The notes under the pieces are model-generated. The model was given only the letters and a program-made list of their open reading frames with translations, was not told where the DNA came from and did no database searches. The translations under genes were made by a program, and so were the position numbers. A stretch of 64,000 nt of DNA from Octopus vulgaris (lineage: Eukaryota), in the NCBI GenBank assembly GCA_951406725.2, contig OX597816.1, forward strand, positions 179,676,001 to 179,740,000, given 5' to 3'. Positions 14,111 to 29,044 of this stretch are shown here, in pieces. Each line of letters opens with the position of its first letter. The stretch's first letter is position 1.

Positions 14111-15070
14111 ACGTGCACATACACATACGCACACACACACACACATATATAATGTATATATATATAATGTAAAGAGAGGGAGAGAAAGAGAGAGAGGGAG
14201 AAAGGGCGGAAGAGTGTGAGTTTCGACTTCTGCCAAAAAGAACAATAGTATTTACATTAATTTTGATTTTTACACTGGATTATATTTCAATCATGTCTAT
14301 TATTGTATACATATTTAATAAAGAAGCAAAAAAAGAAGAAAAAAGAAAAAAGAAACGGGAAAAAGAAAAAGAAAATGTTTTTGTGTGTCGATTCCGTAAG
14401 ATTATCGTTCATTCACCAATTTTAGGTGCCACAGTTAGAACAAAACACTTCCGGCATATTTTGTACCCAACTCCCACGGCGACTGCAATACCAACGAGAT
14501 TGTTTTATTTAGACAATCGAGAGTAAACTGAAGAGATTTAGCGAAAATTTTCCGATAGTTCTTCAAAACAGAAAAAGAACTAGACTATTGATCTCAATTA
14601 TTCAAGTATCGCTTTCAAACAGATGTTTCTAGACAATTTTAATAGAAAACTTGTTGATTTTACGCCGTTTTGGTTATGTCCTTTTTCTTCATTTTTTAAA
14701 ACATTTTATTTAGTCTCTTTTGCAAATCAAATTTTATCAGGCGACACACTTGATATGCATTGGTTGCTAGACGGGAATCACTTGTATGATTAGGGAAATG
14801 TTCAGATATTCATGTAGAACTTACGACAGATTCTGCTAAGAATCCTTCACATCAACTGTTTCACTGTTTAATTAGATTATCTGAAAAAGATTTGCGCCAG
14901 AATAGTCGAGAAGAATCTTGAAGAGTTAGTTTGATTGAAATTTAGTCATAGATTTATACAATTAAAAGAATTTATTTACAGTACACACTTCTATTTTTTC
15001 AATGCAAGAGCACAAGCGAGGAGCTGACGTCATTTCCATGGAAACCCATCAGATTGATGCTACAATGTAC

Positions 15071-15101
<31 letters not shown>

Positions 15102-18100
15102 TGTATGTATGTATGTATGTATGTATGTATATATGTGTGTGTGTACATATATATATATGTATACATATATATATAAACATACATATGTGTTTACATATAT
15201 TTATGTACACACACATGCACACACATAAATATATATATTTGTATATATACACACATACATGTACGTATACATTTATGTATATATGTTTGTAGTTTAAGAC
15301 ATAGATTCAGAGAATCGTTTGGCTATCTCAGAAAGCTCTTCTTACGGGCTCGGATAACAGTTCAAATAGTATTCCAATCCAGAGAAGTGTAACATAGAGT
15401 GTCCATGCAACTGAAATCCAGAAATTCCCATCGATAAACTTATTTCATGAGGAGTATATAAACCAAGTCAGGCGGTATGACAGGTGAATATATTTATTCA
15501 TTTCATCACTCGATGTTCTTTGGATTACGACTATTTCGCAAGCTTCTTCATGTAATATTAATTTCAGCGTGGAGGAAATTGTGTTTTCATGTTCGCATCA
15601 GTATGCATGCTCAGCATTATACAATATAATTTTATGTTCACAAATCAATGCAATGTTCTCGTGATCTGATGAACTAGCTTTCTGTAATCATACACACACA
15701 CACACACACACACACGTATGCATATACATACACACATGCATACATACATACATACATACATACATGCATGCATACATACATACATACATACATACATACA
15801 TACATACATACATACATACATACATACATACATACATACGTACGTACGTACATACATACATACATACGTACGTACGTACATACATACATATCTCGATTGC
15901 AGCGTGGAAGACAAAATAAGATATTTCATAATTCAAGAAATATTTATAAGCACATAGGCCATAATAGCTACCGCCACGAAACAGAACGGTTAATTTTTTT
16001 TAATATGAATCAAATTACTTATAGAACGATGAACATACTGACCAACAACCTTGACACCTACTCACATCCTCATCTGAAACTCTTCTGAAAAATAAGCTAA
16101 TTTCTGTACAAACAACAGCACAACACACCAGACTAAAAACTCCCACCTTCCAAATACAAACAGGAAAAACCCTAAATAACAACAACGACAAGTAAAAAAA
16201 AACTGACCAACTAAAACATACTACCAACTTAAATTCTTTTGTGAGCCCTTAAAAGATTCTATTGCAAAACGTTGACACTCCAATTACTAAGTTTTTAAAT
16301 ACTGGACTAAACTTTGAACCATTAACCCTTACAAAGCAAATGATTAACTCCAATAAAACCAAACATAGCTAAAACTACTGGTACATCCTATATCTACCCA
16401 CTTTGTTTTTGTAAATCACTAAGATACAATCCCATGGCCTTACAGTAAATAATAGCTAAAACATTCCTTTATGCTTTGAGGCTAAACCTTGCTGGATCCA
16501 AATTGTTTTTAAATCTATCGAGATAAAGCATTGATAAAGCAAATATTGGAGCAATCATCATTCAGGTGCAACGAGAGATATTATCGCTTTGGTTTCTATT
16601 TTCTCTTCTCTAGAAGAGGAAAAGGTGGGAGGGCTGGAATGTAAAAAGATAAGCTAATTCAAACATAAGCAGAAAAGCAAATAATAATATTAAAACTCCC
16701 ACACAAAAAATATTCAAAATGTAGATTGAACAAAATTTTAACAGCAATAGAAACAACACCAACAACAGCGTCAACAGCATTGACAAGAACAAAATCAGCA
16801 CCAACAACAGAGGATTTAGAAATGCGAATCGAAAATATTAACAGTAGAAAAAAGAAAGAATATTTTTTCATTTCGTCGTAGGATAAATTAGGTTTGACGT
16901 CATCATAATGGCTGAAAATGGAGCAAGTAGAATATGCTAATGATGTTGTCGAGATTGTATTCCTCACAGAAGTTGTGGAATAAACGGTGAAATGTATGGC
17001 ATCGTGTCACTGATAATCTCAGATATCAAAGATTCGAGATGTGGAAAAACAAATTACACAGTGTAACAAAATTGTTTGGTCTTGGTTCCGTGTTTCTATT
17101 TGCTTCTATCTATAAATCAAATGAAATGACTACTATTCCTATCAAACTTTGATTTTGTTACTTGGACATCAATGTTTTGAAACTGACCTATTTTTCGTTA
17201 CGTTTCAGACAGATTCAGTGCTGAGTTGCTGAAATTGAAATATTGTTATAGCAAATATTCTGCTCAGTACCACAGATTTGTCTGTTAGTTGCTTGACCTT
17301 AACCACTTGAGCATGTTCCTTAGTGGCTGACATCCTCATCATGAGCAAGAGTAGTGGGGGAGCTTCATAGCCATGTGTTACCGAGGGATTCTTTGGGATT
17401 TGAAGAAATGTAACAAAAGAAAAGTTTGAAAGAAATATTAGCCATGTTTCGCTCTTTCTAGGGATAAGCAAATAGGAAATAATAGCTGCTACTCATGGAC
17501 AAAAATCGTATTACACAGTGTTATGAGTTAGAAAACTAAGGACCTAAGTTCAAAGTCTGGAAGTCCTCACAAAATACGAAGTTAAAAAATTACTGCTGTT
17601 GTCCGAGTTATAAGCGAATATCTCTGAGTACTTCTGTTAGTGAAGGAAATGATTTGTTGGGGGTCAGGATTATTAAAATATAATTAGAGAAGTACATTAT
17701 CACTTTAGGGTTACCATAAAGAGTTTCTTAGAGTGTTCCTGTCTAAGCATGATTCCTGGGATTTATCTTACCTCTCAGAATTCCTCGGATATTCTTCTAA
17801 AAATAAAAAGGCTCCGGAGCAAGATTGTGAGACCAGGTGGTGAAGGGTAGAAAGTGCAGATGTTTCATTTGTGGTGATGGAAGTCTACTTGAAGGCTTCC
17901 TGCCCACAAATACAGGAACAACTAAATGAATAGATATGAAAAACATAGCAACATAAAAAAGTAAAAACAACCGAAATATAGAAAATAAAAACAAATGAAA
18001 TAAAAAAATTTCTTATTTTGCCTTCTAGAAATGAGAGCACGCTCTCATAAATCCCTCAATGCTAATTTGTGCTGCTTTTGCTTTGTTAATTAAATTAGAT

Positions 18101-18816
18101 TTAATATCTGAAAGGGTCAATGCAATGATGATATTTCACCGTTTGTTCCTTAAATGAGAAATGTGGTCGTAGCTTCAGTGTTTATATAATAATATATTTA
18201 CTGCATCTTCTCATCCGCCACAGTGACGTCAAACTTAATTTATCCTCTGAAACTAAGCTTGTGAAAATATTCTTTTCACTCCTCATTTACTGTTAATATT
18301 TTTCTTCGCATTTTAAAATCCAATTCATTCATCTTGGCTGTTATCGACGTTGGTTACGAGGCTGAGGTTGGAGTTGTCGTCATTGTAGAAGATATCTTTG
18401 TCGCTCATGTGATATTTTTACAATATCTTTACGTGTTGGAAATTTTACTGTCAATTTTCTCATTATTTGTTCCGTTTATATTTGAATTGACTTATATCTT
18501 TTACTTTCTCCTCCTCTTCTTTTTCCTCACCTTCTTCCGTTTCTCCTCCCCCTCCCCTCCTCCTCTTCCACCTGTGCTCTAACTACTACTATTCCTCTTT
18601 CTTTCCCCAAAGAAGATAGCAACCAATATGAAGGGATATACCACTGTAGTTGCTATACTGAAACATCATATCTGTCGTTGAGGTAGAAAGAACAAATAGT
18701 AATAGGCACCTTTCCACCTAAATACACACACACACACACACATATGCACTACGTATATATACAGTCTATTTTTGTCTCTTCCTCACCTCTCTTCTCTCTC
18801 TCTCTTCTCTCTCTCT

Positions 18817-18875
<59 letters not shown>

Positions 18876-19049
18876 CATATATATACTTTACATACGCAAT
18901 ATTTTAAGTCTGTTTATCTTTGATGTAGAATGAGAATAAGCACAACAGACCTAAATTATGTTCGAATAAAAAAGAATAACCAAATCCAACAGAAGCGACT
19001 GTTTGACAGCTAAACCACTACCACCACCACCATCATCACTACTACTACT

Positions 19050-19240
19050 TTCTGCTACAGGTATAAGGGAAGGGACTGGTCGATTACCTCGGATCGATTG
19101 TTCGACTGGTACTTATTCTATCGACCCCGAATGAATGAAAGGCAAAGTCGACCCCGGCGGAATTTGAACTCGGAACGTAGACGGATGAAATGCCGCTAAT
19201 CATTGTGCCCAGAGTGCTAATGATTCTGCCAGCTCTTACC
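19050..19240 (-). mobile_element. tRNA-derived SINE family B copy
   Basis: Matches the copies at 51290-51685 and 57780-58350 (GAGTTCAAATTCCGCC..GTCGACTTTGCCTTTCAT..GGGGTCGATA..AAGTACCAGT). Confidence 0.8.
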
Positions 19241-19257
19241 GTAATAATAATAATGAT

Positions 19258-19320
<63 letters not shown>

Positions 19321-19336
19321 AATAATAATAGTAGTA

Positions 19337-19382
<46 letters not shown>

Positions 19383-19408
19383 TAATAATAATAATAATAA
19401 TAGTAGTA

Positions 19409-19455
<47 letters not shown>

Positions 19456-19471
19456 AATAATAATAGTAGTA

Positions 19472-19541
<70 letters not shown>

Positions 19542-19560
19542 TAATAATAATAATAATAAT
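19241..19560. repeat. (AAT)n compound trinucleotide microsatellite
   Basis: Visible AAT/AAC/GAT/AGT repeats. Confidence 0.95.
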
Positions 19561-22060
19561 AAAGCAGCCACTGCAGCCACAAAAGAAGCTGGATACTCCC
19601 TCAAACCCATCCAGATAGGAGTACCACCACCCAAACAAACCCTGTGGATAAATAATATCCCCCCCCCACAAATAAATAAAACAAGAGAAAAGATCTGTCG
19701 ATTCTTAACGAAATTAGTAGAAACCAAAACTACTAAGCAGTAAGAAGGCAACAAAAATACTGCGCAAATACATTACAGGAAAAGCTAAAGCAGGATATCC
19801 TTGCCAAAGCACAAAGGATCCGCCGTTATGAGAAACGCCAACGTTTCTTTGATCAAAACAAACAGTTCAACTCCAACTCCCCAAAATTCTACAAAGAACT
19901 TGGCAAAAATAAAATAGACATCATTGCAGCACCTGTAGCAGAAGTGGAAGAATTTTGGAAAGAAATATGGTCGGCCAAGGAACAACCACAGAAAAGGACT
20001 ATTAAAAGGACAAATTTTGCCACAAGGGCAGCAATTTTGGGGGAGGGGATGAATCGATGACATCAACCCCAGTGTACAACTGGTACTTATTTTATCGACT
20101 CCGAAAGGAATATGAAAGGTAAAGTCAACCTTGGGAGGCACCTGGACACGACAAGATCCCCAACTTCTGGTTAAAATATCTGACAGCAACACACAAAAAG
20201 CTGGCTGAAAACTTTAGCGTCATACAAGCAGAGCCAGAGACAATTCCTGAATGGCTCACGAGAGGGAAAACTATCCTAATTCCCGTAATCCGCTGAAACG
20301 GTAATCCCACAAAACTACAGACCAATAATCTGTCTCCCTACAATTTACAAAGCCTTTACTGCAATAATATCGCAGAGATTGAGCAAACACCTGGAAGATA
20401 ACAACCTGTTTCCAGAAGAGCAGAAGGGATGCTGCAAGGGCTGATACGTCTGTAAAGATCAACTAATGATCAATAAAGCCATAACTGAAGACAGCCGCAG
20501 AAAGAAGAAAGGCCTAAGTATGGCCTGGATCGACTACCGAAAGGCCTTTGACAGCATCCTCCACACATGGATCCTAGAAATACTAGCCATAAACAAGGTA
20601 GCACTAATAATCATAAAATACATAAGATACTCTATGAAAAAATGGCAGACAGTGCTACATAGCTCCAAACGAAAGAAGGATTCATAAAAACCAAAGCCAT
20701 CCTCATTAGAAGAGGAATATTCCAGAGAGGCACGCTCTCTCCACTTCTTTTCTGCCTGGCACTGCCACCTTTATCTGATATGCTAAACAGAACTGGATGC
20801 GGATACAATTGTCGCTTATATATGGATGACGTAAAACTATACGCTACGAATGATAAACAGCTGGAAACACTACTAAAGACAGTACATGGATTTATCAAAG
20901 AAATAGATATGAAATTTGGATTAGAAAAATGCGCCAAAGTAACCCTGAAAAGAGGAAAACTAGTTAAGAGTAGCAACATCACTCTAGATAAAGCCAATGA
21001 AATAAGAGAATTAGACCAAAGCTAAACTTACAAATATTTAGGAATCCATGAACTAGATAGGAAACAACACGCACAAATGAAAGAAAATAAAGAAAGAATA
21101 CTATAGACGAGTTAGATCAATACCGAAAACAGAGCTTAATGCTAAAATAAGGTAATAGGTATCAACACTCTAGCCGCCCCAATTATAAGTTACAGCTACA
21201 ATATCCTTAACTGGACACTAAATGAACTAACCAAAATAGACAGGAAAACAAGAAAAATAATGATAGGATCTAGGATGCACCACCCAAAATCTGACATAGA
21301 AAGACTATATATACAACGTATAGAAAGTGGTAGATGCCTTATACAGCTGGAAAACTATTATAAAATAACCACCATAGGAATTCAGAAGTAAGGAAAACTC
21401 ATACAAATAGTCACAAAACATGAGCAAATAAAAAAAAAACTGTTTTCAGTATTTAAGGAAGCTGACAAATACAAACAAGAAGTCATACTACCTAACAAAT
21501 ATGAAGAAGAAGAAGAAGAAGAAGAAGAAGAAACAACAAAAGCTATAAAACAAATGAAATCCAAACAAAAACTAGAGCAGCAACGGACCTTGATAAAACG
21601 ATGGCAAGAAAAGCCCCTTCATGGCAAATACTGGGCAAATACTAAACGCAAAAGAAATAGACAGAGGAAAATTCCAGCAATGGATGAGAAGCTCAGGACT
21701 CAAAGGAGACTGATGGAGTTTTAATTGCAGCACAAGAACAAAGCCTTCCCACCAAAAATTACCAAAATACAAAGACCTGGAAATAGAGGTAACTCGAATG
21801 TGGAATCTAAAAACAGAAACACTTCCTATCATAGTGGGCACATTAGGTATGATAAAAAATATTCAGACAAATACATAACAAAAACACCAGGACTTACAAA
21901 TATATATAACATACAGAAAATTGCACTACTGGGCACTGCACACATCCTACATAAAACACTTTCAAACAGTAACCATAAGAGCATCACAGCACATACCCAA
22001 GGCACAAAGAGCTGCGCTCGGTAGTGAGGTGAAAGCACATTATAAAAATAAAACTACTGC
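19561..22060 (+). mobile_element. R4/Dong-clade non-LTR retrotransposon, decayed and internally deleted, interrupted by a SINE B fragment (~20005-20130)
   Basis: NYRPIICLPTIYK, AWIDYRKAFDS, RGIFQRGTLSPLLFCLAL, LYMDDVKLY, MKFGLEKCA, KYKDLEIEVTRMW and IQKIALLGTAHIL. Flanked on both sides by (TAA)n. Confidence 0.9.
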
Positions 22061-22108
22061 ATAATAACAATAATAATAATAATAATAACAATAATAATAA
22101 TAATAATA

Positions 22109-22156
<48 letters not shown>

Positions 22157-22199
22157 ATAATAATAATGAGGAAGAGAAGGAGGGGGAGGAGGAGGAGGA

Positions 22200-22515
22200 G
22201 GGAAAAGAACAGATTGTAGGGGCATAGAATTGCCAAACGGAAAGAGAATGGAAGACCCGGATGATAATGGGTACAAGCACCTTGGGATCCCGGAGCTGGA
22301 CAACATCTTGCACAGAAAAATGAAATCAAGGTCATTTCTGCATATTTAAAGCGCCTCAAACTTCTTTTGAAGTTAAAACTGAACTCAAGGAACCTCGTGA
22401 CTGCCATTAACATATGGGCTGTTGCTATAATGGACCCATCCTGAAATGAACACAAGAGGAGATTAACCAACTCGATCACACTACCTGAAAGACGATGACA
22501 ATGCACGGAGATTTA
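22200..22515 (+). mobile_element. Second R4/Dong-like RT-thumb fragment
   Basis: GIELPNG..GYKHLGIPELDNI..YLKRLKLLLKLKLNSRNLVTAINIWAV. Confidence 0.65.
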
Positions 22516-23636
22516 GTTGCTCTTTCTAGCATATTGAACAATCTCATTGCTATTTAACCACAAGTTAGCCCTAACTGAGAAAACATAGCACCAGAGTCGT
22601 CGTTTCAACAACGATATCCTTTTCTCAGGTTTTGAAATATTTCCTTCCCTATTCAAGTTGGTAGGGTGTAATTTAAAGAATATTTGGTTGCTATTTCCAA
22701 TAGTTTGAGCGACCACGATAACACATATAAGAAGGGAACAGATCTGTCGTGTGGTGAGGTCGAACTATGATATTTCTAGTATTTGCATCAGCGGAAATCA
22801 TTGATATTCTCTAAAATAGATTCACAGTTAATATTTCTGTCAGTTTTCTTTCATTGTTGAGAACAAACAGCGAAAGCAGTTGAAGCTGTTTTAGCTCTCA
22901 ATCGATTAGAATATCAAAATCCTATCACGGCTACAGTGGGATGTTTCCGGAACTCTTTAAAGTCAGCAGGGCGGTGAGCCAAAGAAATAATCTTCTAGAC
23001 GCATTTTCTTTTAATATTAATGAAGCCAATATTGGATGGAGATCTATTGAAAAACTCTTATACTAGAATAATAATAAAAATAATAATTAGTCTTTACATG
23101 ATTTTCATTGTTATTAGTAACATTTCGAAAGCTACTTAGCACTTTTACATAAGATTTCAATTTACCAGTATTTATACTGGCTATAAATTCCATGCGAGCT
23201 ATTGTTTTTACTTCTTAGCCCTTGTAATAGAATATGTTTGACATGACATTTTATTTTCCTGTTAACGAATTCTGAATCTTCATAATTAGCACGTATAGTC
23301 TGGCTTCGTCTTCTCTGAAGTTTTCTAGTACACAACTCTCTACACCATTCAGGAACTACTAATTTAAATATTTTGGTGATCTGAGTAATAAGTAGATCCG
23401 TATCAGGAAGATATGAAGTTATAAATAACAAACACTGGCAGTTTATCCAATGTTCACATAACGAGTAATCATTATGGACACATACATAGAAACACGCGCG
23501 CGTACATACACATGTATATGTGTGTGCGTACGTATATATATATATATATATATAACGGGAAGCTTTATGAAAATAGACATATATATATACATACACACAC
23601 ACACACACACACACCTATATATATATACATATACAT

Positions 23637-23669
<33 letters not shown>

Positions 23670-23754
23670 GGTGTGTGTGTGTGTATGTGGGTGTGTATGT
23701 ATGTGTGTGTGTGTAGAGGGTTGAAAAGTAACACACGAGTTGATATTCTCTTTA

Positions 23755-24160
23755 TTCTTTACTCTTTTACTTGTTTCAGTCATTTGACTGCGACCATGCT
23801 GGAACACCGCCTTTAGTTGAGCAAATCGACCCCAGGACTTATTCTTTGTGAGCCTAGTACTTATTCTATCCGTCTCTTTTGCCGAACCGCTAAGTTACGG
23901 GGACGTAAACACACCACCATCGGTTGTCAAGCGATGTTGGGGGGGGGGGGGCAAACACAGACACACACACATATATATATACATATACATATATACGACA
24001 GGCTTCTTTCAGTTTCCGTCTACCAAATCCGCTCACAAGGCTTTGGTCGTCCCGAGGCTATAGTAGAAGACACTTGCCCAAGGTTCCACGCAGTGGGACT
24101 GAACCAGGAACCATGTGGTTGGTAAGCAAGCTACTTATCACACAGCCACTCCTGTGCCTA
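23755..24160 (-). mobile_element. tRNA-derived SINE family A (full copy)
   Basis: Head GGAGTGGCTGTG..TAAGTAGCTTGC..GGTTCAGTCCCAC (A/B-box-like), internal (CA)/(TA) tract and 3' CAGTCAAATGACTGAAACAAGTAAAA. Multiple near-identical copies in the window. Confidence 0.88.
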
Positions 24161-24162
24161 TA

Positions 24163-24653
<491 letters not shown>

Positions 24654-25046
24654 CGGTGTACATTTAAACACATTAAGAGGTATTCATCATAGGACTCCCT
24701 TATGCTAGAAGGAACGGCTAAAGTCCAGACCACTAATTAGGGATAAATTCTCGAAGGGAATGAAAAACAAAAACATTTATCATCTATTTCCTGGGCCATG
24801 GTTTCTGGCTTTTTTAGCAAATAAAATAATTTACCAGGCGAAGTCTTCGTCAACAGGTACGCCAAGATTAAACATATAAACACGAGGCCAATCCAGCACG
24901 TGCCTCTTGCTTATACATTTTAATTTTTCAAATCCAACTGCGCTTGCGATATGAGGTCGGTATAATCGACTAGCTCTCTTCTCACCATCAAATTTTAGGC
25001 CTTGTGCCCCTATAGTAGAAAGGATTATTATTATACGCATACGTAT

Positions 25047-25124
<78 letters not shown>

Positions 25125-25760
25125 TAACTGCAATTTTATTGCCTAGTATAGGCATAAGACTTGAAATTTAGTGGAAGGTGTTAGCCAATAACTTCAACTC
25201 AAATGCTACACTGATACTTAATATAAAAATAAAGTCAACCAAGCGACATTTGTACTCAGAACATAAAACTGGAAGAAATGCCGTGAAGTGTTTTATCTGG
25301 TGTGAAAAGATCTGCTAGAAATAACAGTTAAATCTCCCTCAAACCACACTTTACCTTTAGATAATATCGTTCTGGGAGCTCTGCACAGTAGGAAAAGACA
25401 GGTTGGTTACAGTTGGAATGATTTCATGATATGTCTGCTCGATTCTGAGCTGAACTGGGGTCTAACAACAACAATATCAACGGCAAATAATGTTGTAGTG
25501 ACCCAACATAAAAGCCTCAAAGCTGTGGCCTGATCTACTGCAATGAGTCCCAAACCACACCCCACTGTCCTTAAAAATGAAAAGAAAGAAAAAACTAACT
25601 GCACAATTGCTGGAACAATGATGGAATGACATCAGCGGAAACAACTTTAATCGTGGTAATCTTACAAATGTAATGTGTTGAGAAGCCCAGACACATCGTC
25701 AGCAGCATTATTTACATTATTTACATTCGATGGATATTTGTCCTCATCTTGTTTGTTGTT

Positions 25761-25806
25761 AACACAACGTTTCGGCTGATGTACCTATCAGCCTTCTTCA
25801 GGTGTC
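25761..25806 (-). ncRNA. Minimal type I hammerhead motif in the inverted PLE pseudo-LTR
   Basis: GACAC-CUGAAGA-A-GGCUGAU(AGGUAC)AUCAGCC-GAAA-C-GUU-GUGUU. Stem I GACAC/GUGUU, 7-bp stem II, palindromic AACGUU at stem III. Confidence 0.65.
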
Positions 25807-27221
25807 TTGGGAAAATTTCGAACCTAGGTTCTCATTCATATCTGCACTTGATCAATTCACAGAATTGATCAAGGATACTCCCATTCAATCCAGCCAGATG
25901 GTGAGTCTTCATATGATAAACCTGTTCACCAAAGTCCCAACTGGTGAAGCACTATCGGTGATACAAGAAAAACTAGTGACAGACACCCATCTAAAAGAAT
26001 GCACTAGTATACTAATAAGAAACTTGATGGAAAATTTTACCTTCTGTGTAGAAACTACCTACTTCAGTATGGACACTGATATATATCGACAAGAGGAGGG
26101 TTTAGCTTTGGGGCCGCCATTATCACCGGTAATAGCCAATATATACATGGGATACTTTGAGAATTTGGCTTTAGGATCAACGCCACTAAAACCAACCCTA
26201 TGGCTGCGATATGTTGATGACACCTTTATACTCTGGCCCCACCAGGAAGATGTCCAAGTGCTGTTAGATCATGTGAACTCAATAAAGCCATCCATATAGT
26301 TTACAATGAAAAAGGAAAAAGACAATCAGCTGGCATTCCTGGACGTATTGATAACACGTACCAAGTATGGATTCAGGACATCCGTATACTGCAAGCCGAC
26401 CTTTACTGGACTATACCTCAGCTTCAATTCTCACCATCCATACAGTGTAAAGAGAGGGATTGCTCAGTGCCTAAAACATCGTGCAAAGAATATAAGTAGC
26501 GATCGTGATACCCACCACAAAGAAATGATCAAACTCAGTAACAATCTATTAAGCAACAGTTACCCCAAAAGTATACTATCCTCTCCAGTTATGAAGAAGA
26601 GAGAGGATGAGGCCAATAAACTGTCCACAGTCTGTCCTGTCTACCCTATGTGAAAGGCCTCTCCGAAAAGATACAAAAGATATGCGGCCCATATGATATC
26701 AGGACAGCATTCAAGAGTAACACAACACTTAGTAAATATCTCCTTCGAGTAAAACCACCAATAGAAGAGAGTATGACGAAAGACTGCATGTACTCCATCC
26801 CATGCAGTTGTGGTAGGTTATACAAAGGCGAAGCATTTCGCCTTCGCAAAATAAGGGTAGACGAACAGCGCAAATCTGTGAAACGAGGAGATATTGATAA
26901 ATCGGGTATAGCTGATCATGTATGGAAAAATGGAGACCACCTCATCCGGGTGGGATGAAGTTTAAATAATAGATAGAAAACACCACTGGAAAATACGAAA
27001 ACAAAAAGAAGCAGCACATATGCTAGGTAACAACAACCTCCTAAGCAGCCCGAGTGCAGACATGAGTAGCATTTGGGAACCGGTATGAAGGAAGGAAAGA
27101 AAAATATTAGATTTATAAGTCCTAAAATTCACCCCATAATTGCCCACGGGCATATGGCGTAGTGGTTAGCAGTTCGATTTCAAGCAGTGACCTGAATAAT
27201 GATAATAATAATAATAACAAT

Positions 27222-27651
27222 ACTCTTTTGCTCTTTACTCTTTTACTTGTTTCAGTCATTTGACGGCGGCCATGCTGGAGCACCGCCTTTAGTCGAGCAA
27301 ATCGACCCCGGGACTTATTCTTTTGTAAGCCCAGTACTTATTCTATCAGTCTCTTTTGCCGAACCGCTAAGTTACGGGGACATAAACATACCACCATCGG
27401 TTGTCAAGCAATGCTAGGGGAATAAACACAGACACACAAACACACACGCACACACACACATATATATATACATATATACATATATACGACGGACTTCTTT
27501 CAGTTTCCGTCTACCAAATCCACTCACAAGGCTTTGGTCGGCCTGAGGCTATAGTAGAAGACACTTGCCCAAGGTGCCACGCAGTGGTACTGAACCCGGA
27601 ACCATGTGGTTGGTAAGCAAGCTACTTACCACACAGCCACTCCTGCGCCTA
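27222..27651 (-). mobile_element. SINE family A (full copy) nested in the (AAT)n tract of the PLE pseudo-LTR
   Basis: Matches 23755-24160; (AAT)n on both sides. Confidence 0.88.
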
Positions 27652-27656
27652 TAGAC

Positions 27657-27705
<49 letters not shown>

Positions 27706-27725
27706 GTAATGACAATAATGACAAC

Positions 27726-27777
<52 letters not shown>

Positions 27778-27797
27778 GTAATGACAATAATGACAAC

Positions 27798-27846
<49 letters not shown>

Positions 27847-27866
27847 GTAATGACAATAATGACAAC

Positions 27867-27906
<40 letters not shown>

Positions 27907-28867
27907 TAGAAAAATACCTTAGGAAATTTCCCCAAGATACCTGAAGAAGGCTGGAGGCTATATCACCCGAAGAGTTGTGTTAACAACAAACAAGAAGAGG
28001 ACAAGTATCCGTCGAATGTAACTAATGTAAATAATGTACATAATCTCTCATCTCTACAATATAGAACTGTAACATCGTTAGCAGACTAGAGTCGTCTAGC
28101 ATGGGCAGCGGATCTGCCAGCTCACGTGAGTTTAGCGCACACGCACTTCATGAGTAGCAGGCGTTTTTTCACAGCATGCCACCCAAATCCTACTGCCAAC
28201 AATGTCTAGAAAAATAGTAAATGTTCAGTCATTGATGTCGAAAATAATCGCCAGACACTTTAAAAAATAAATGTTAGCAACGGAAGCAATATTACTGACG
28301 TGGATGTATTGTTAGAACGCAATATTACTGCAGTGTTCGCCTTGAGAGATCATCTCATATAGACATAAAGTACTAAGAAGCACAGATATATATATATCAC
28401 TAGCAAAGAATCATCCAACATCGGTGGCCATACCAAGGCTGTTCTTTGACTCCACTACTTGTTTCGTTCCAAGCTAAAGAGGAAACTACTTCGTAGTCAT
28501 TCGACCTTTTAACTTAGAAATCAAATTTCCTCAAATTATTACCTTAACAGCTACAATAGCTAGAGATTTCACTGAAGAAAAACATTAATCATATCAAGCT
28601 TCCACCAGTCTAGTTTGTTTCTGTTATTGAAGAATTGCGACCATTTCCTACCTCAATGTGACAATAAACAAAAGAACAAAAACAAAAAACAGTCGCATTG
28701 GTTCTTTTCTCAGCGATAGCAATAAATTAGCAGTAATAAACCGGGGTCTTGTTAGGAGATATATAAACTCGTTCTGGCCGTAATAAACTGATTTCGTGAT
28801 CAGAAAAAGATATATGCATGTATGTACATGCACGTATGTATGTATATGTGTGTGTGTGAGTGTATGG

Positions 28868-28959
<92 letters not shown>

Positions 28960-29003
28960 ATGTTTGTATGCATGTATTTATGTATGTATGTATCTCTCTG
29001 TCT

Positions 29004-29044
<41 letters not shown>

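Larger units (their letters stand above)
25712..28070 (+). mobile_element. Penelope/Poseidon-type PLE: inverted partial pseudo-LTR, 5'-truncated RT, GIY-YIG endonuclease, 3' pseudo-LTR
   Basis: ORFs 25802-26299, 26306-26653 and 26650-26958 give YRQEEGLALGPPLSPVIANIYM, WLRYVDDTF, LAFLDVLI, FNSHHP and MYSIPCSCGRLYKGE. 25712-25838 is an inverted copy of 27915-28040. Confidence 0.92.

Noticed and set aside
16635-16653. miR-1-like word TGGAATGTAAA
   Set aside because: Only 11 nt match, no pre-miRNA hairpin is visible, and the inverted paralog does not conserve it.
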